Shown here: positions 8,874-19,900 of the stretch, in pieces
Numbering within the stretch: the stretch's first letter is position 1
Layout of the letters: every line of letters begins with the position of its first letter
IMG/VR virus record: IMGVR_UViG_3300010397_000044
Span: 14,735 to 78,734 of that record
Reading direction: 5' to 3' (one strand)
DNA: 64,000 bases
Origin: a virus
Made by a program: the position numbers and the translations under genes
The notes under the pieces: generated by a model
What the model saw: only the letters and a program-made list of their open reading frames with translations
Database searches by the model: none
What the model was told of the DNA's origin: nothing

Positions 8874-10946
8874 ATGGCAGTCGTAGAAATTCAAGGAATA
8901 CAAGTACATTATAGAGATTTAAAGGACGGCGAAACTGTTCTGTTTTCTGACTTGCCAAAAGAGGAACAGTATTATAGGAGGCCACAACACCCGTTTACCG
9001 ATAGCGACCTAATAGCAATTGCTAATAAAGAGCATAATTATACCTCCATTCAACTCAAATGGAAGGAAACGCAAGAGGAAATATTTGAAAACGGTATTTA
9101 CGCCAGCATAAATGGGGACGTAACTTTTATTCCCGGAGCCTACTATTGCTATGTTAATGAGTGGACGCTTGAACACGGAGAGAAGCCGGAATACAGAGAA
9201 GATGACCGGCAGTTCTTTCTGTTACATGAATATCTAAGATTAGAAACAAATGTGCTAGGGCTGGTGCGTCTTAAAGGAAGACGTCAAGGGGCTACATCTA
9301 TAGCTATGTTCTTCATGTGGTTCATAGCAGGAAGAAAAGAACATAAACTTTGCGGATTAACATCCTTTAGTGATACTGCTGCCCAAGATGCATTTCAAAA
9401 AATGTTCATGTACGGATTCAAGGCGATGCTCCCTTGCTTCCAGGCTGATTTCGATAGCGCGTCAGAAAATTTTATACGGTTCGTAAAGCCTATTGATAAA
9501 AAGGCCAAAAGCGTTTTAGCTGTTAAGAGAGAAGGGCTTAACAGCTATTGTGATTACAAATCAAATGTTATTAGTAGTTACGATTCCGGTAGGCAGTCGT
9601 ATAACGTGCCGGACGAAGGCGGTAAGAGGAATAAACTTAATATAAATTCTTATTGGTCTCGTTTATACAAGACACTTCTTATTGGTGTAAATAAAGTTGG
9701 GTTCGCCTACTTACCAACAACAGTAGGGATGAAAACAGAGGGAGGCGAAAACTTTAAAGAGTTTTATAAAAACGCTAACCAGTTTGAAATAGACAAGAAG
9801 ACGGGGAATCCCGTAGGATTAGATACGACGAATAGGGTTGTCAGATATTTTGTACCTGCGACACATTGCTATGCAGGGTATATAGATAAATTCGGCAAGA
9901 GTATTGTAGAGGACCCGATAGAACCGGTGCTTACCAATGAAGGTAAATTAGTTTCTATAGGCAGCAAAAGTGTTATCCTTAAAGAAAGGGAAAGACTTTC
10001 AGGAGAACAGTTAATGGAGCATAGAAGGGACTATCCTTTAACAGAACATGATGCCTTTAGCTTTGAATTAGGTCAATGCGAGTTTAATGAAGAGCGCCTT
10101 TTGGCTCAAATACAAGAATTAGAGGATAATCCAGTCTTTCTTAGGAAGTGCCGTTTGTATAGAGTAAAAGTCACAAAGAAAAACATATTCACCGATAGGG
10201 AAGAAAGTCACGATGAAATAAAATTCATGGATGACGACAAAGGGGAATGGTTGTTATATGAACCTCCTAACAAACAGAATCACTATGATTGGAAGGGGGC
10301 GATGATGCCATTAAACGACCTCATGTATTCTATCGGAGTGGATACAAAGAAGACTGGATTTGCGGTCGGCGGCTCAACTGCGACAATTTGTGTATTCAAG
10401 AAATCACATTTAGTTGATGGTGAAGAGATGGGATTAAAGCCCGTTGCTATTTATATGGGTAAACCGCGCCTTCTTAATCACTTTTTCGAAAACGTCTTAA
10501 TGGCCTGCATGTGGTACGGCTGTAAAGCAAACTTTGAAATTGACGCTGGAAGTGCCTATTACGATTACTTTTTAGAACACGACGCCCGTTTGTTTATATC
10601 TTGGACTCCTCGTAGAGCAATTGATATTACAAAAAAGAATCCGGTTATTAAGCCCGGTACAGAGAGTGCGTCCCCCTTCCAGCTCCAAGCACAATTAGAA
10701 ACGGCCAAACTTTATGTGGATGGCAATCTAATTGATGGATATAATGGGAACGTACATAGGATTGTATATCCAATGCTATTAGAACAATTATTAGCTTATC
10801 AGCATGCCGAGAGGACGCCCTATGACATAGTGATCTCCCTTATGATGGCTTTGTTGCCATGTTTTGGGGTTGCTGAATATAGAGATGAAAAGATAGCCAA
10901 GCCCAAACAAATACTGCCTTACAAAAAGATCAAAATGCCCGCCTAA
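8874..10946 (+). CDS. terL: terminase large subunit
   Basis: Walker A LKGRRQGATS, Walker B YNVPDEGGK, RRDYPLTEHDAF, RNase H-like YSIGVD, C-terminal YDIVIS. Confidence 0.9.
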   Translation: MAVVEIQGIQVHYRDLKDGETVLFSDLPKEEQYYRRPQHPFTDSDLIAIANKEHNYTSIQLKWKETQEEIFENGIYASINGDVTFIPGAYYCYVNEWTLEHGEKPEYREDDRQFFLLHEYLRLETNVLGLVRLKGRRQGATSIAMFFMWFIAGRKEHKLCGLTSFSDTAAQDAFQKMFMYGFKAMLPCFQADFDSASENFIRFVKPIDKKAKSVLAVKREGLNSYCDYKSNVISSYDSGRQSYNVPDEGGKRNKLNINSYWSRLYKTLLIGVNKVGFAYLPTTVGMKTEGGENFKEFYKNANQFEIDKKTGNPVGLDTTNRVVRYFVPATHCYAGYIDKFGKSIVEDPIEPVLTNEGKLVSIGSKSVILKERERLSGEQLMEHRRDYPLTEHDAFSFELGQCEFNEERLLAQIQELEDNPVFLRKCRLYRVKVTKKNIFTDREESHDEIKFMDDDKGEWLLYEPPNKQNHYDWKGAMMPLNDLMYSIGVDTKKTGFAVGGSTATICVFKKSHLVDGEEMGLKPVAIYMGKPRLLNHFFENVLMACMWYGCKANFEIDAGSAYYDYFLEHDARLFISWTPRRAIDITKKNPVIKPGTESASPFQLQAQLETAKLYVDGNLIDGYNGNVHRIVYPMLLEQLLAYQHAERTPYDIVISLMMALLPCFGVAEYRDEKIAKPKQILPYKKIKMPA

Positions 10947-10953
10947 GCCAATA

Positions 10954-11106
10954 TCAAACTGGCTTCTTTTTATTTTTTTCAATATATTCTCTTATTGCCC
11001 TTTCTGCTATCTTAGTTATTTTCCCGTCAATAGATTGGGCATATTCCACAAGGATTTTGTGGATTTCCTTGCTCAAGGCGACATTTTTAGAGGTTAAATT
11101 GTTCAT
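10954..11106 (-). CDS. ribbon-helix-helix DNA-binding protein (50 aa, not in ORF track)
   Basis: MNNLTSKNVALSKEIHKILVEYAQSIDGKITKIAERAIREYIEKNKKKPV; divergent from the capsid operon. Confidence 0.7.
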   Translation of the reverse strand: MNNLTSKNVALSKEIHKILVEYAQSIDGKITKIAERAIREYIEKNKKKPV

Positions 11107-11157
11107 TACTGTTAAAAATAACATTATTTAACAATATAATGAAATTTTTCAACTGCT

Positions 11158-11165
11158 TATATTTG
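11158..11165 (+). promoter_or_regulatory. Bacteroidota -7 promoter (TATATTTG) for the capsid operon
   Basis: Exact TAnnTTTG, 24 nt upstream of the ATG at 11189. Confidence 0.65.
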
Positions 11166-11188
11166 GTTAAATATTCCCATTTTTAATT

Positions 11189-12367
11189 ATGGCAGACAAT
11201 ATTGTGGATCAACAAGTAGAGACAACGCAGCCCGATGCGGGGCAGGCGGAATTACATCGGCAAATGCAGATGAGCCTAGGTATAGCGCCCGTGGAACAAG
11301 TACAGCAGCAACAAGAAGGTTCCACGGGGAACGTTTCTGCTGACGGAGCCGCAGCGCCGAATAATAGTACTGCAAATGCTACGCCAGCCGACCCTTTCTC
11401 TCTTTTTAAAGAAAAATTCGGGTACGAAACCCCGGAGGCGGCAGTAACGGAAATAGAATCCCTTCGCGCTCTTAGAGATAACCCGGTCAAGCCAGAATAT
11501 AAATTTGAAAATGAGGAAAGCGAAAAACTATTCAAGGCTTTCCAGTCCGGTAAAAAGTCAGAGGTTTACGCCTTTTTGGAACAAGATCAAAGGATTGACA
11601 AATACCTCACTACCGACGTAAGCAAAGAAAATGCGGCAGAAATCGTAAAGATGGGGATGCAGCTTAGGTATAAGGACCTTTCTTCGGATGAGATAAACTA
11701 TCTCTTTAACAAAGAATTCGCCATCCCAGCCAAGCCGGTTCAGCAATCGGACGAAATGGCCGAAGAATATCAAACTCGTTTATCCGATTGGGAAAGTGTA
11801 GTGCAGGACAAGCAAATGGGCCTCATGATTGAGGCAAAAAAGTCCCGGCCAGAAATAGCCAACGCAAAAACAAAACTCGTATTACCTGAAATAGCGGCGC
11901 AAGTTGAGCCTGAATACCTTGAATGGAAGAAATCTGTCGAGGAGAATCAGCGACTTTCTGCCGCAACCACAGATGCTTATAAGGTATTTACGCCCAAGCA
12001 GTTTGAAATTAAAATTCCGTTCAAAGATGAACAGAATAAAATTGATTTCGAATTTCAGCATGAACCAGATTCTAAATCGTTCACTCAGGCAGTAGAGCTG
12101 GTTTCGGATATTGATAAATTCTGGAAGCACTTTACTGATCAGGCCGGTAATCCTGATCGTCAGAAGTTTTTAAGATTTATCTATAACGGGCTTAACCATG
12201 ATTCACATGTTCATAATGCCATGAACCAAGCCAAAAATGCTACGATCAAGGCAAGTCTGCCCGATAATAGCCAAGGAGGTATGGTAAGGCAAATGGCACA
12301 AACACAAGAGCCAAGTGAATTAGATAAGAAAATGCGGGAATCATTGAGGGGATACGGTGGATTTTAA
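11189..12367 (+). CDS. putative capsid scaffolding protein
   Basis: Acidic, helical, low-complexity N-terminus; immediately before the capsid gene. Confidence 0.6.
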   Translation: MADNIVDQQVETTQPDAGQAELHRQMQMSLGIAPVEQVQQQQEGSTGNVSADGAAAPNNSTANATPADPFSLFKEKFGYETPEAAVTEIESLRALRDNPVKPEYKFENEESEKLFKAFQSGKKSEVYAFLEQDQRIDKYLTTDVSKENAAEIVKMGMQLRYKDLSSDEINYLFNKEFAIPAKPVQQSDEMAEEYQTRLSDWESVVQDKQMGLMIEAKKSRPEIANAKTKLVLPEIAAQVEPEYLEWKKSVEENQRLSAATTDAYKVFTPKQFEIKIPFKDEQNKIDFEFQHEPDSKSFTQAVELVSDIDKFWKHFTDQAGNPDRQKFLRFIYNGLNHDSHVHNAMNQAKNATIKASLPDNSQGGMVRQMAQTQEPSELDKKMRESLRGYGGF

Positions 12368-12396
12368 CCTATTAAAAGTATTTAAAACAGAAAAAA

Positions 12397-13809
12397 ATGC
12401 CTTCAGCAATAGTTAGAGGCGCTACTGGACAACCGGGTCCAATAGCATATCCCAGTGGCCTCACGACCGGTATTTTCAATGATCTCAACTTCGTAATTCC
12501 TGATTATATTCCGGGCCTGATTTCAAAGTACGGCAATAGTTCATACATGCTTGCCGCTGAAATATTAGGTAGCTCCGTTATCGAACAAGCGAACACTACG
12601 ACCAATACCTATTCTCACTTTGAGAAGGGCCGTATCTATGGTTCTGGCTTGGTCAAAACAGCCGTTACGGGTGTTACTTCCGGCGCGGATGTGCAAGTTG
12701 CCTTAAAGAGTCCCGAATCTTACAATAACTCCGCCTTTACCCAATCGCCATTCCTGCTTAATCAGACCATTAAAATTCGATCCAATGGTCGGAAGGCGAA
12801 AGTAACAGCGATTGACCGGACTACAGCCGGAAACTTCTTGGTAACACTGCATCCGCTGGGTAACTATGCTCTTATCACCGGCACAACGGGTACAACCCTG
12901 AATGCAAATGAAGGTCTGGAAACGTTCGGTAACCAATTGGCGGGCGAATCTTCGGACTCTCAGGGTACTCAGCAGCCCAAACTTTACCGTTACGACAATA
13001 CGGCTACTGTAGCACGTGCTTCCGTTAAGGCAAGTGACCTTTCCAGCATGAATAAGACACAGATCGATTTCGGCAATGGTAATAACTACCTGCCCTATCT
13101 GGCTGTCAAAACCATGAACATTCAGATGTTGACCTCAATTGAAGACATCGTAATGGAAGGTGTTCCTTACTCCAATGCCACCAACGGAGAAATCGGTACA
13201 ACTGGCGCGCTGGTTGATATCGGTGCCCGGGGCTCAGAAGTGGATTATATCACTAATTCCTTCGCTGTAGGTGATTTCCAGAACGTAACGAACGTATTGG
13301 ATGCCAATGGCGGTCCTCGTGAGTACCATGGTCTTCAGGATTTAGGCCAACGTCAGGACATTAACGATCTCCTTTTTGGTATTTACCGGAATGGGGCCAT
13401 CAGCTACGCTTCAGTTGGTATGAGTCAGGAAGCTGCCGTTTCTTACGGTTTCCGTGGATTCTCGACAGATACATTCGACTTCCACTTCCACCGGTATAAG
13501 GGTTTTACCGCTCCCGCCGTGTTTGGCTATGTGCCTACTCAAGGCGATTACCGGGCAAACTTTGGCCTGTTTGTACCCCAAGGTATGACGCAGGATGCCA
13601 AAGATGATACTACCCGTCCTTATCTCCAATTCGTCTATCAACAGAATCCGGATATCCCCGCAGGCATGCGTATCTATAGCTGGGAACTGGGTTACACAAA
13701 AGGAACCAAAACTACGGAAGCCAGCAATAAGTACGAGCAGATCGCATATGTCGGATCGCGCGTAACGGCTGCTGAACAATTCGTAATTCTACGTGGTTTG
13801 AATTCTTAG
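12397..13809 (+). CDS. major capsid protein
   Basis: 470 aa after the scaffold; high-expression codon bias; strong terminator downstream. Confidence 0.75.
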   Translation: MPSAIVRGATGQPGPIAYPSGLTTGIFNDLNFVIPDYIPGLISKYGNSSYMLAAEILGSSVIEQANTTTNTYSHFEKGRIYGSGLVKTAVTGVTSGADVQVALKSPESYNNSAFTQSPFLLNQTIKIRSNGRKAKVTAIDRTTAGNFLVTLHPLGNYALITGTTGTTLNANEGLETFGNQLAGESSDSQGTQQPKLYRYDNTATVARASVKASDLSSMNKTQIDFGNGNNYLPYLAVKTMNIQMLTSIEDIVMEGVPYSNATNGEIGTTGALVDIGARGSEVDYITNSFAVGDFQNVTNVLDANGGPREYHGLQDLGQRQDINDLLFGIYRNGAISYASVGMSQEAAVSYGFRGFSTDTFDFHFHRYKGFTAPAVFGYVPTQGDYRANFGLFVPQGMTQDAKDDTTRPYLQFVYQQNPDIPAGMRIYSWELGYTKGTKTTEASNKYEQIAYVGSRVTAAEQFVILRGLNS

Positions 13810-13824
13810 TGTTTAAATCATAAC

Positions 13825-13855
13825 GGGGAAGAGAATAACTCTTCCCCCTATTTTT
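13825..13855 (+). terminator. intrinsic terminator after capsid gene
   Basis: ggggaagag-aataa-ctcttcccc followed by a T-run. Confidence 0.8.
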
Positions 13856-13874
13856 CATTCATAAAAAATAAACA

Positions 13875-14804
13875 ATGGCAGACGCCTTAACAACAGAGGC
13901 CCCATTAAAAAAGAAAGGGGCAGAGAAGAGCAATGAAGACCGCTATTTGGAAATGCAATTCGATACTTATAAGAAGTACGTATTTCAATTAGCGGAAGAA
14001 AATCCAGAACGAGAATTGCCGGTCATAGATGTGGCTTCAAGACGACCACTACCCCACAAAAAGTTCAAACCCTATCAGAACGTTGTATTTACCTCTCAGA
14101 TCATTTGGAAGGGACAAAGAAGAGTAATTAGGTATTATGATGGGTGCTCCTCTATATTCGTAGACGAACAGCCAAAGGAAAAAGAAACCATAGATCAATT
14201 TATTGCTCAAACCAAACGTAGACAGTTTTTAGATGGGAAGTTGGTTGTAGAAGGTAATGAACGCATGCTGCTTTTATATCTGTATATATGCGGATGGAAT
14301 GCAGAAAGCCCGTTCAGAACCAAATCGGCTAACATGATATTCGTAGCTATGGACGGTTTGAAAATAGCCACCAAGGAATCTGAAAAGCTGGACGAAACTG
14401 AAAAGGCGTTGAAATTCGCTAAGGAGGCATCTGAGCAAAAAATGAGGATTCATGCGGAATACTTAGGTATACCGGTTAAAGATGAGGATAGCGACAATGA
14501 CCTGACCGAAGAAGAAATCCGGCCTATTTACCGTAAAGAGGCACTAAGAAATTCGGCTGAGTTCATACGTAGTTATGGAGACAAGTCAATTGAGGTAAAA
14601 ATATATATCCAGAAGGCCGTTCAAACCGGACAAATAATTCGCCCTAAAGGCTCCAATAAAGTAGCGTGGAAGAACGGGAATGAGATATTGGATGTGTCTG
14701 GGGTGGCGAGTATGTCAGGAGTGGAAGAAAAATTACTTGAATTTTCACAACTGCCAGAAGGTGAAGAGTTTTTAATCCAATTGAAAGCTATCTATAGCGA
14801 ATAA
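13875..14804 (+). CDS. conserved morphogenesis-module protein
   Basis: RVIRYYDGCSSIFVDEQ motif resembles the post-capsid gene of Bacteroidota podoviruses (from recall). Confidence 0.5.
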   Translation: MADALTTEAPLKKKGAEKSNEDRYLEMQFDTYKKYVFQLAEENPERELPVIDVASRRPLPHKKFKPYQNVVFTSQIIWKGQRRVIRYYDGCSSIFVDEQPKEKETIDQFIAQTKRRQFLDGKLVVEGNERMLLLYLYICGWNAESPFRTKSANMIFVAMDGLKIATKESEKLDETEKALKFAKEASEQKMRIHAEYLGIPVKDEDSDNDLTEEEIRPIYRKEALRNSAEFIRSYGDKSIEVKIYIQKAVQTGQIIRPKGSNKVAWKNGNEILDVSGVASMSGVEEKLLEFSQLPEGEEFLIQLKAIYSE

Positions 14805-14831
14805 AGCTCTTTAAATAAAATTTTAAATCCA

Positions 14832-14861
14832 AGTCCTTGCTAAATTGGCAGGGACTTTTTT
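14832..14861 (+). terminator. intrinsic terminator
   Basis: agtccttgc-taaattg-gcagggact plus tttttt. Confidence 0.75.
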
Positions 14862-14870
14862 CGATAAATT

Positions 14871-15545
14871 ATGGCATGGTCGGTTGATGATATATACAGA
14901 TTCACTAGGTTCTTATGCAATAAGAATCAGGCTGGCGGCATATCCGCAACAGACCTTTTTTATGCGTGGAACGGCGAACAAGCCTCATATCACGAAGACT
15001 TATTAGGCAGATGGCAAGCTAGGGCTGCTGACAAAACGGGTCCAAACATTGGGATGATTCAGGACGAGACCGTATTGCTTAAATTAGCCCCGTTCACTAT
15101 TTTGGTTAATATTCCAATTGTTTCTGGCTATGCTCCATGGCCGTCTGATTTCATATACGGAGCCGCTCTAAGGATCAATGGGCAAAAAGTTTACCATTTC
15201 AATAAGGATGAGAGGTGGTCCATTGAAGAGGACGTTATTGATCCTCCTTCGATTGCAGAAAATTCGTACTATTACACTGAGTACGATAAAAAATTCCTAA
15301 TCTTACCAACAAACGCTCCAAGTATTGATTTAGACTATATAGCCTCTCCGCAAGACATACAATGGGCATATACCTTGGATGGGAATAATAGGCAGATTTA
15401 CAATCCGGCGACAAGCATTCAGCCCAAGTGGACAGCTAATACTATTATAGAAATAACAAAAAGAACTTTAAAGGGGTTTGGCTTACATTTTTCAGACAAA
15501 TCATTTGAAGAATTTGGCAATTCCAATATTATAACTGGAAACTAA
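14871..15545 (+). CDS. putative head-tail adaptor / tail ring protein
   Basis: Position and size; NKNQAGGIS and LDYIASP motifs. Confidence 0.55.
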   Translation: MAWSVDDIYRFTRFLCNKNQAGGISATDLFYAWNGEQASYHEDLLGRWQARAADKTGPNIGMIQDETVLLKLAPFTILVNIPIVSGYAPWPSDFIYGAALRINGQKVYHFNKDERWSIEEDVIDPPSIAENSYYYTEYDKKFLILPTNAPSIDLDYIASPQDIQWAYTLDGNNRQIYNPATSIQPKWTANTIIEITKRTLKGFGLHFSDKSFEEFGNSNIITGN

Positions 15546-16198
15546 TGGCAATACCATACTCTAAACGGATGTTGGTGCAACGCATTAGGAAGCATATGGC
15601 GGATGGATATCCGAATGACGACTTCTCTGCGTCGACCAATGAGATAATGCTATATGTCGATCAGGCGTTGGCCATGCAAATACGAGCAGCAGCATATGAA
15701 AATGCCAAGGTTGAAGGAGTGTTGGAAGTTCCAGAAGCATTCTTGGTCACCTTTCAATTGGATGCGCCAGTCTATGATGACTTTACCAATGAATGGGTGA
15801 GTACATTGCCCCAAACTCCAATTTCTCTTCCTATTGGGTATAGCATAAATAGCGGATATATCGCAGATGTATCCAATGGAAGGTCTCAGGATATAATTTG
15901 GATCAAGGGAAAGCGTATTGGATACCGTAGGAACTTGCCTAAAATGGATGGCATATATGGACGTGTTGAGAATAATACAGTTCGGCTACAAGCAAGTAAC
16001 TATATGTCTTTGCTGGGGTTGAATATTTTCATCCAGATGCCCTTCAGCAGAACAAAGGATTTGGACGAACCAATGGCTCTCCCTGATGACGTTATAGATG
16101 CCATATTTATGCGAGTAGTTACGATGTTGAAAGATAGAATGTCTATACCGAAGGATATAATTCTGGATGATTTGCCGGCTGGTAATAAATCAAGCTAA
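15545..16198 (+). CDS. putative tail ring protein
   Basis: Translationally coupled; size and synteny with crAss-like ring proteins. Confidence 0.5.
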   Translation: MAIPYSKRMLVQRIRKHMADGYPNDDFSASTNEIMLYVDQALAMQIRAAAYENAKVEGVLEVPEAFLVTFQLDAPVYDDFTNEWVSTLPQTPISLPIGYSINSGYIADVSNGRSQDIIWIKGKRIGYRRNLPKMDGIYGRVENNTVRLQASNYMSLLGLNIFIQMPFSRTKDLDEPMALPDDVIDAIFMRVVTMLKDRMSIPKDIILDDLPAGNKSS

Positions 16199-16200
16199 CT

Positions 16201-16941
16201 ATGACGACAGATATAAATTCACATATGCCGCTGAAAGAGATAGTAAGCTTTGCCATGGATGAAGTCCAATCATCTGAAGCGGCTTTTGATAGATATTGGC
16301 TATTGGCGTTCAGGGCACTTGTTAAATTGAAGATAAGTATGGCTGCCGAACCTGCCACGGTTAGGATGCCGGTAAGTCCAAATAAGACTGTTCCTTTCCC
16401 TCCCGGATCAATTACATGGACGAAGATAGGTGTCTTGAATGACCATGGAGAACTTTCATCTTTAAAGATAAACAGGGGTTTAACTACATGGAAAGACACG
16501 AACCCTAATAGGTTGTCTCAGATTGGGAATGCAGATATTCAAAGTGGTTTACCATTTTTGCTGGATAGTCCATATTTTTTCAATTATTATCAAAATGGCG
16601 TTTTTCAGCCTTTATTTGGCGTTGGTGGCGGACTCATTCAATATGGAAGTTGTACGGTCGATGAAGAAAACAGAGTAGTGGTTTTGGAGCCTGATTTTAG
16701 ATATGATCACATATTTTTTGAAGGCATTTTCGCACCAGAAAAGAACGGAGATTATACGGTGCCTATTACCTTGTTAGAACCTATTGTTGCATTTATTAAA
16801 TGGAAGGACAAAAAGGGGACGAGGGAAGAGTTTATTTCTGAAAGTATAGAAGCTAGACGAAGCATGCCTAAGAAGAGAATGTCCTTACAGGTTATAAATC
16901 AAGTTTTAAGAGAGTCTGAAGCAATGAAGCTACGGTCATGA
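16201..16941 (+). CDS. putative tail ring protein
   Basis: Synteny; TVPFPPGSITWTKIG motif. Confidence 0.5.
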   Translation: MTTDINSHMPLKEIVSFAMDEVQSSEAAFDRYWLLAFRALVKLKISMAAEPATVRMPVSPNKTVPFPPGSITWTKIGVLNDHGELSSLKINRGLTTWKDTNPNRLSQIGNADIQSGLPFLLDSPYFFNYYQNGVFQPLFGVGGGLIQYGSCTVDEENRVVVLEPDFRYDHIFFEGIFAPEKNGDYTVPITLLEPIVAFIKWKDKKGTREEFISESIEARRSMPKKRMSLQVINQVLRESEAMKLRS

Positions 16942-19900
16942 TAGATATCAAGCAATTCATAGGAGGCATGGATCAGGATAGCCCTAACGAGGATATTCCA
17001 AAAGGCTTGGTAAGAGAAGCCCGGAATATCTTTTGGCGTGGACTGCCGCCCAATATGCGTGCTGAGGGGATGCCGGGGACGAACATCATATCAAACCCAT
17101 ATTTGCCTGTAACCGGAAGTAATGTAGCCATAAAAGGATACTACGATGCGGTAAATAACAGAATCTTTCAATTCAACTACAATACTGCCGGGTTTCATGG
17201 AATTTACATTTTCTACACTTTATTAGACTCATGGCAGAGGTTGATGGAAGAGGGTATTAATGCAGATAGTGGAGTTCTTGGGTTTAATAATACCATACGA
17301 ATACATAGCGTAGATATAATCTATGGAGACGACGATAGTGGGGATTTGTTATTTTATGTAGACGCGCAAAAACGACCACGTAAATTAAACATCAATAGGA
17401 TTCTGGCAGGTACATATCCTACTGTAAAAGACAGCTATATAAAGGTAATTAAGGCACCTCCCATTCCACCGCCTTATTGCGTTTATGAGAACGACGCAAA
17501 CGTTACTTCCAATAACCTTGTCAATAAGCTTTTTAATTTCTCATGTTCTCATATATATGACGACTTTGAAGAGTCTGTTTTGGGTAGTGGGGCTAGACAG
17601 CCTTTGCCGCCAGACCCATTCGACCCTACCAATAACAGCCCTCAAACAAGATGCGCAAGAATTTCAATCTATGTCCCAACGGGCGATGCCAATGTAAAAA
17701 AAATACGGATATATGGGAAACAGGTAAAAGATGGCACAACATCTGATTGGTTTGTAATTGATACGCTTATAAAGAGCGACTTAGGTATAGGAGATAATAC
17801 AGTTTACAGATATTGGTTTTATAACAATGCGAGATATGTGCCTGCTGCTGCAAGCATATATGCCAATAATAATCCGGTTGACGGTCAGTTGGACTATGAC
17901 TATGTACCTTTGAAAGCTAATACACAGTCCTTGTTAAATGGAGACGTTGTGGCGTATGGTGGATTAACTGAAGGGTATGATTATTTGAATCCATCTTTCG
18001 GTATTACAACTTCCAATATTGTTGCTCCTCAATTTTCGGCGAATGGCCTTTTGTTTTTTGCCGCTCCAAATGGACAATTCACAAGCGGACAGCCACAAAT
18101 AACCATGTATCTTGTCGGCGCTGGCATTAATAATGGTTCTGGGGAAGTAACAGACCTTGAAAAAGCGCCAGCTAATTTAAACGTCCATGCCAAGTCAAAC
18201 GGGACTAGCATAAATTTCACTTATAATAATCCGGGAGGGAATAGAAATATACCCACTTTACTATTTAATTTGAGAGGAGCTGCACAAAGTGCGGGGTGGA
18301 TATTCGTGTCTAATACCGTGAACACACTAACCATGTATTATCCAACGGGTAATATAGTCCTTCAGTCATCTTATTACCAGGGTATATCAGCCAATGTTTC
18401 ACCCTATGCCGCCCCCGTTTCTACTCATTTCCCGGAAGCTAATTACGCATATGGCGTTTTATATAGAGATATAGACGGTCGAACAAATGGCGTTATATCG
18501 AATGTGACTGGTAATGTCAGAACGCAATTGCGTGGAAGTGCTGGTCAGATACCGTACTTCCAAATTGGATTGGGAGGATTTACGCCTCCACTTTGGGCGG
18601 CTTATTATGAAATAGTCAGAACAGACAATCTTACATATGACTACCGATTGGATTGGGTCAGCGCATCAGCATTTAGTGGCCTTGGTTCATTTAATAACTT
18701 GCAGTACGCCTACATAGGTGTTAACAATATAGCTGACTATAATTCTCAGATAAAGGCCAGCGAAGGCGTAGTAAGTTATGGCTTCAAACAAGGAGATAGA
18801 ATTAGAATAACGGGCAGATATACCGCATCTGGCTCTTTTGTATCCTTAAATTACGATTATGCTGTTCTGGGGACTCAAACTCAAATTGTGGTAAACGGAG
18901 AAACCAAGACAGGCCTATTTGTGCAAATAAATTACCCAGCAGGAGATATTAGTGGTGATCCAAATTTGAAATTTGATGGAACCGATGACTTTCAGAACTA
19001 TCAGATAATGCTATATAATTACAAAGCATACTCTTCTGATAGTCAAAACGTCTATTGGCAAATAGGGCAGCAATATGGTATAGGGAATCCCGCCACTCTT
19101 TCCGCCTATCACATGGGTAACGCTGGTGATAATCAGGTTAATCTGACAGACGGGGATGTGTTCTATAGAGTTAGAAACGTGCCCATCATAAACTCGTATA
19201 GGGTACCTTGTGGGGCTTATACTCAGGGGACTACTTATGGGACAGAGTGGGTAGCTCCTAATTTAGAAGGATTTTTATTTGCAGATAATGCCATTTGGAG
19301 GATACGGGGGGGGGTGAATAGAAACGGAGGGCTGCTCCCTGCGCAAACACCATTTTATAGTGATGCAGATCAGACTGTTTGGAATAAATCAGGAACTCCT
19401 TTCAGTGTTAGGCTGAGGCAAACGGTATTTATAACCGATGTGAATGATCCGAATGGTCAATGGGCTATGTATGTGAAGATTGTAGATTCGGGGGGAGCCG
19501 TAACAACTTACAATATATTACCTCTTAAATCAGGACTTGCAGAAAACATACAGAATGAATATTCATTTGACTTCACTTTCTCTTTGCCGGGGAATAGTAA
19601 GTTGTGGATAATGGGTTATGCGGTGAATCAAATGCTGGTAGGCTTAGGAGAATTACAGATAGATATCATAAGAACACGCACAATTAATGTTTTTGACTTC
19701 TCCTTTAGCGACATTTTTGATTTAAAGACTAATTCTGACAACAAGCCTAACGTCATCCAAACATATTCTAGACAAACATTCTATGGGACTAAATATAGAT
19801 GGGGACAAGTATACCAATTAGGGACATCCATAAACAATAGCAATCGTTTTTTCCCTTTGGATTTTGATGAAATTGATAAGTCGGCAGGTCAAATACAACG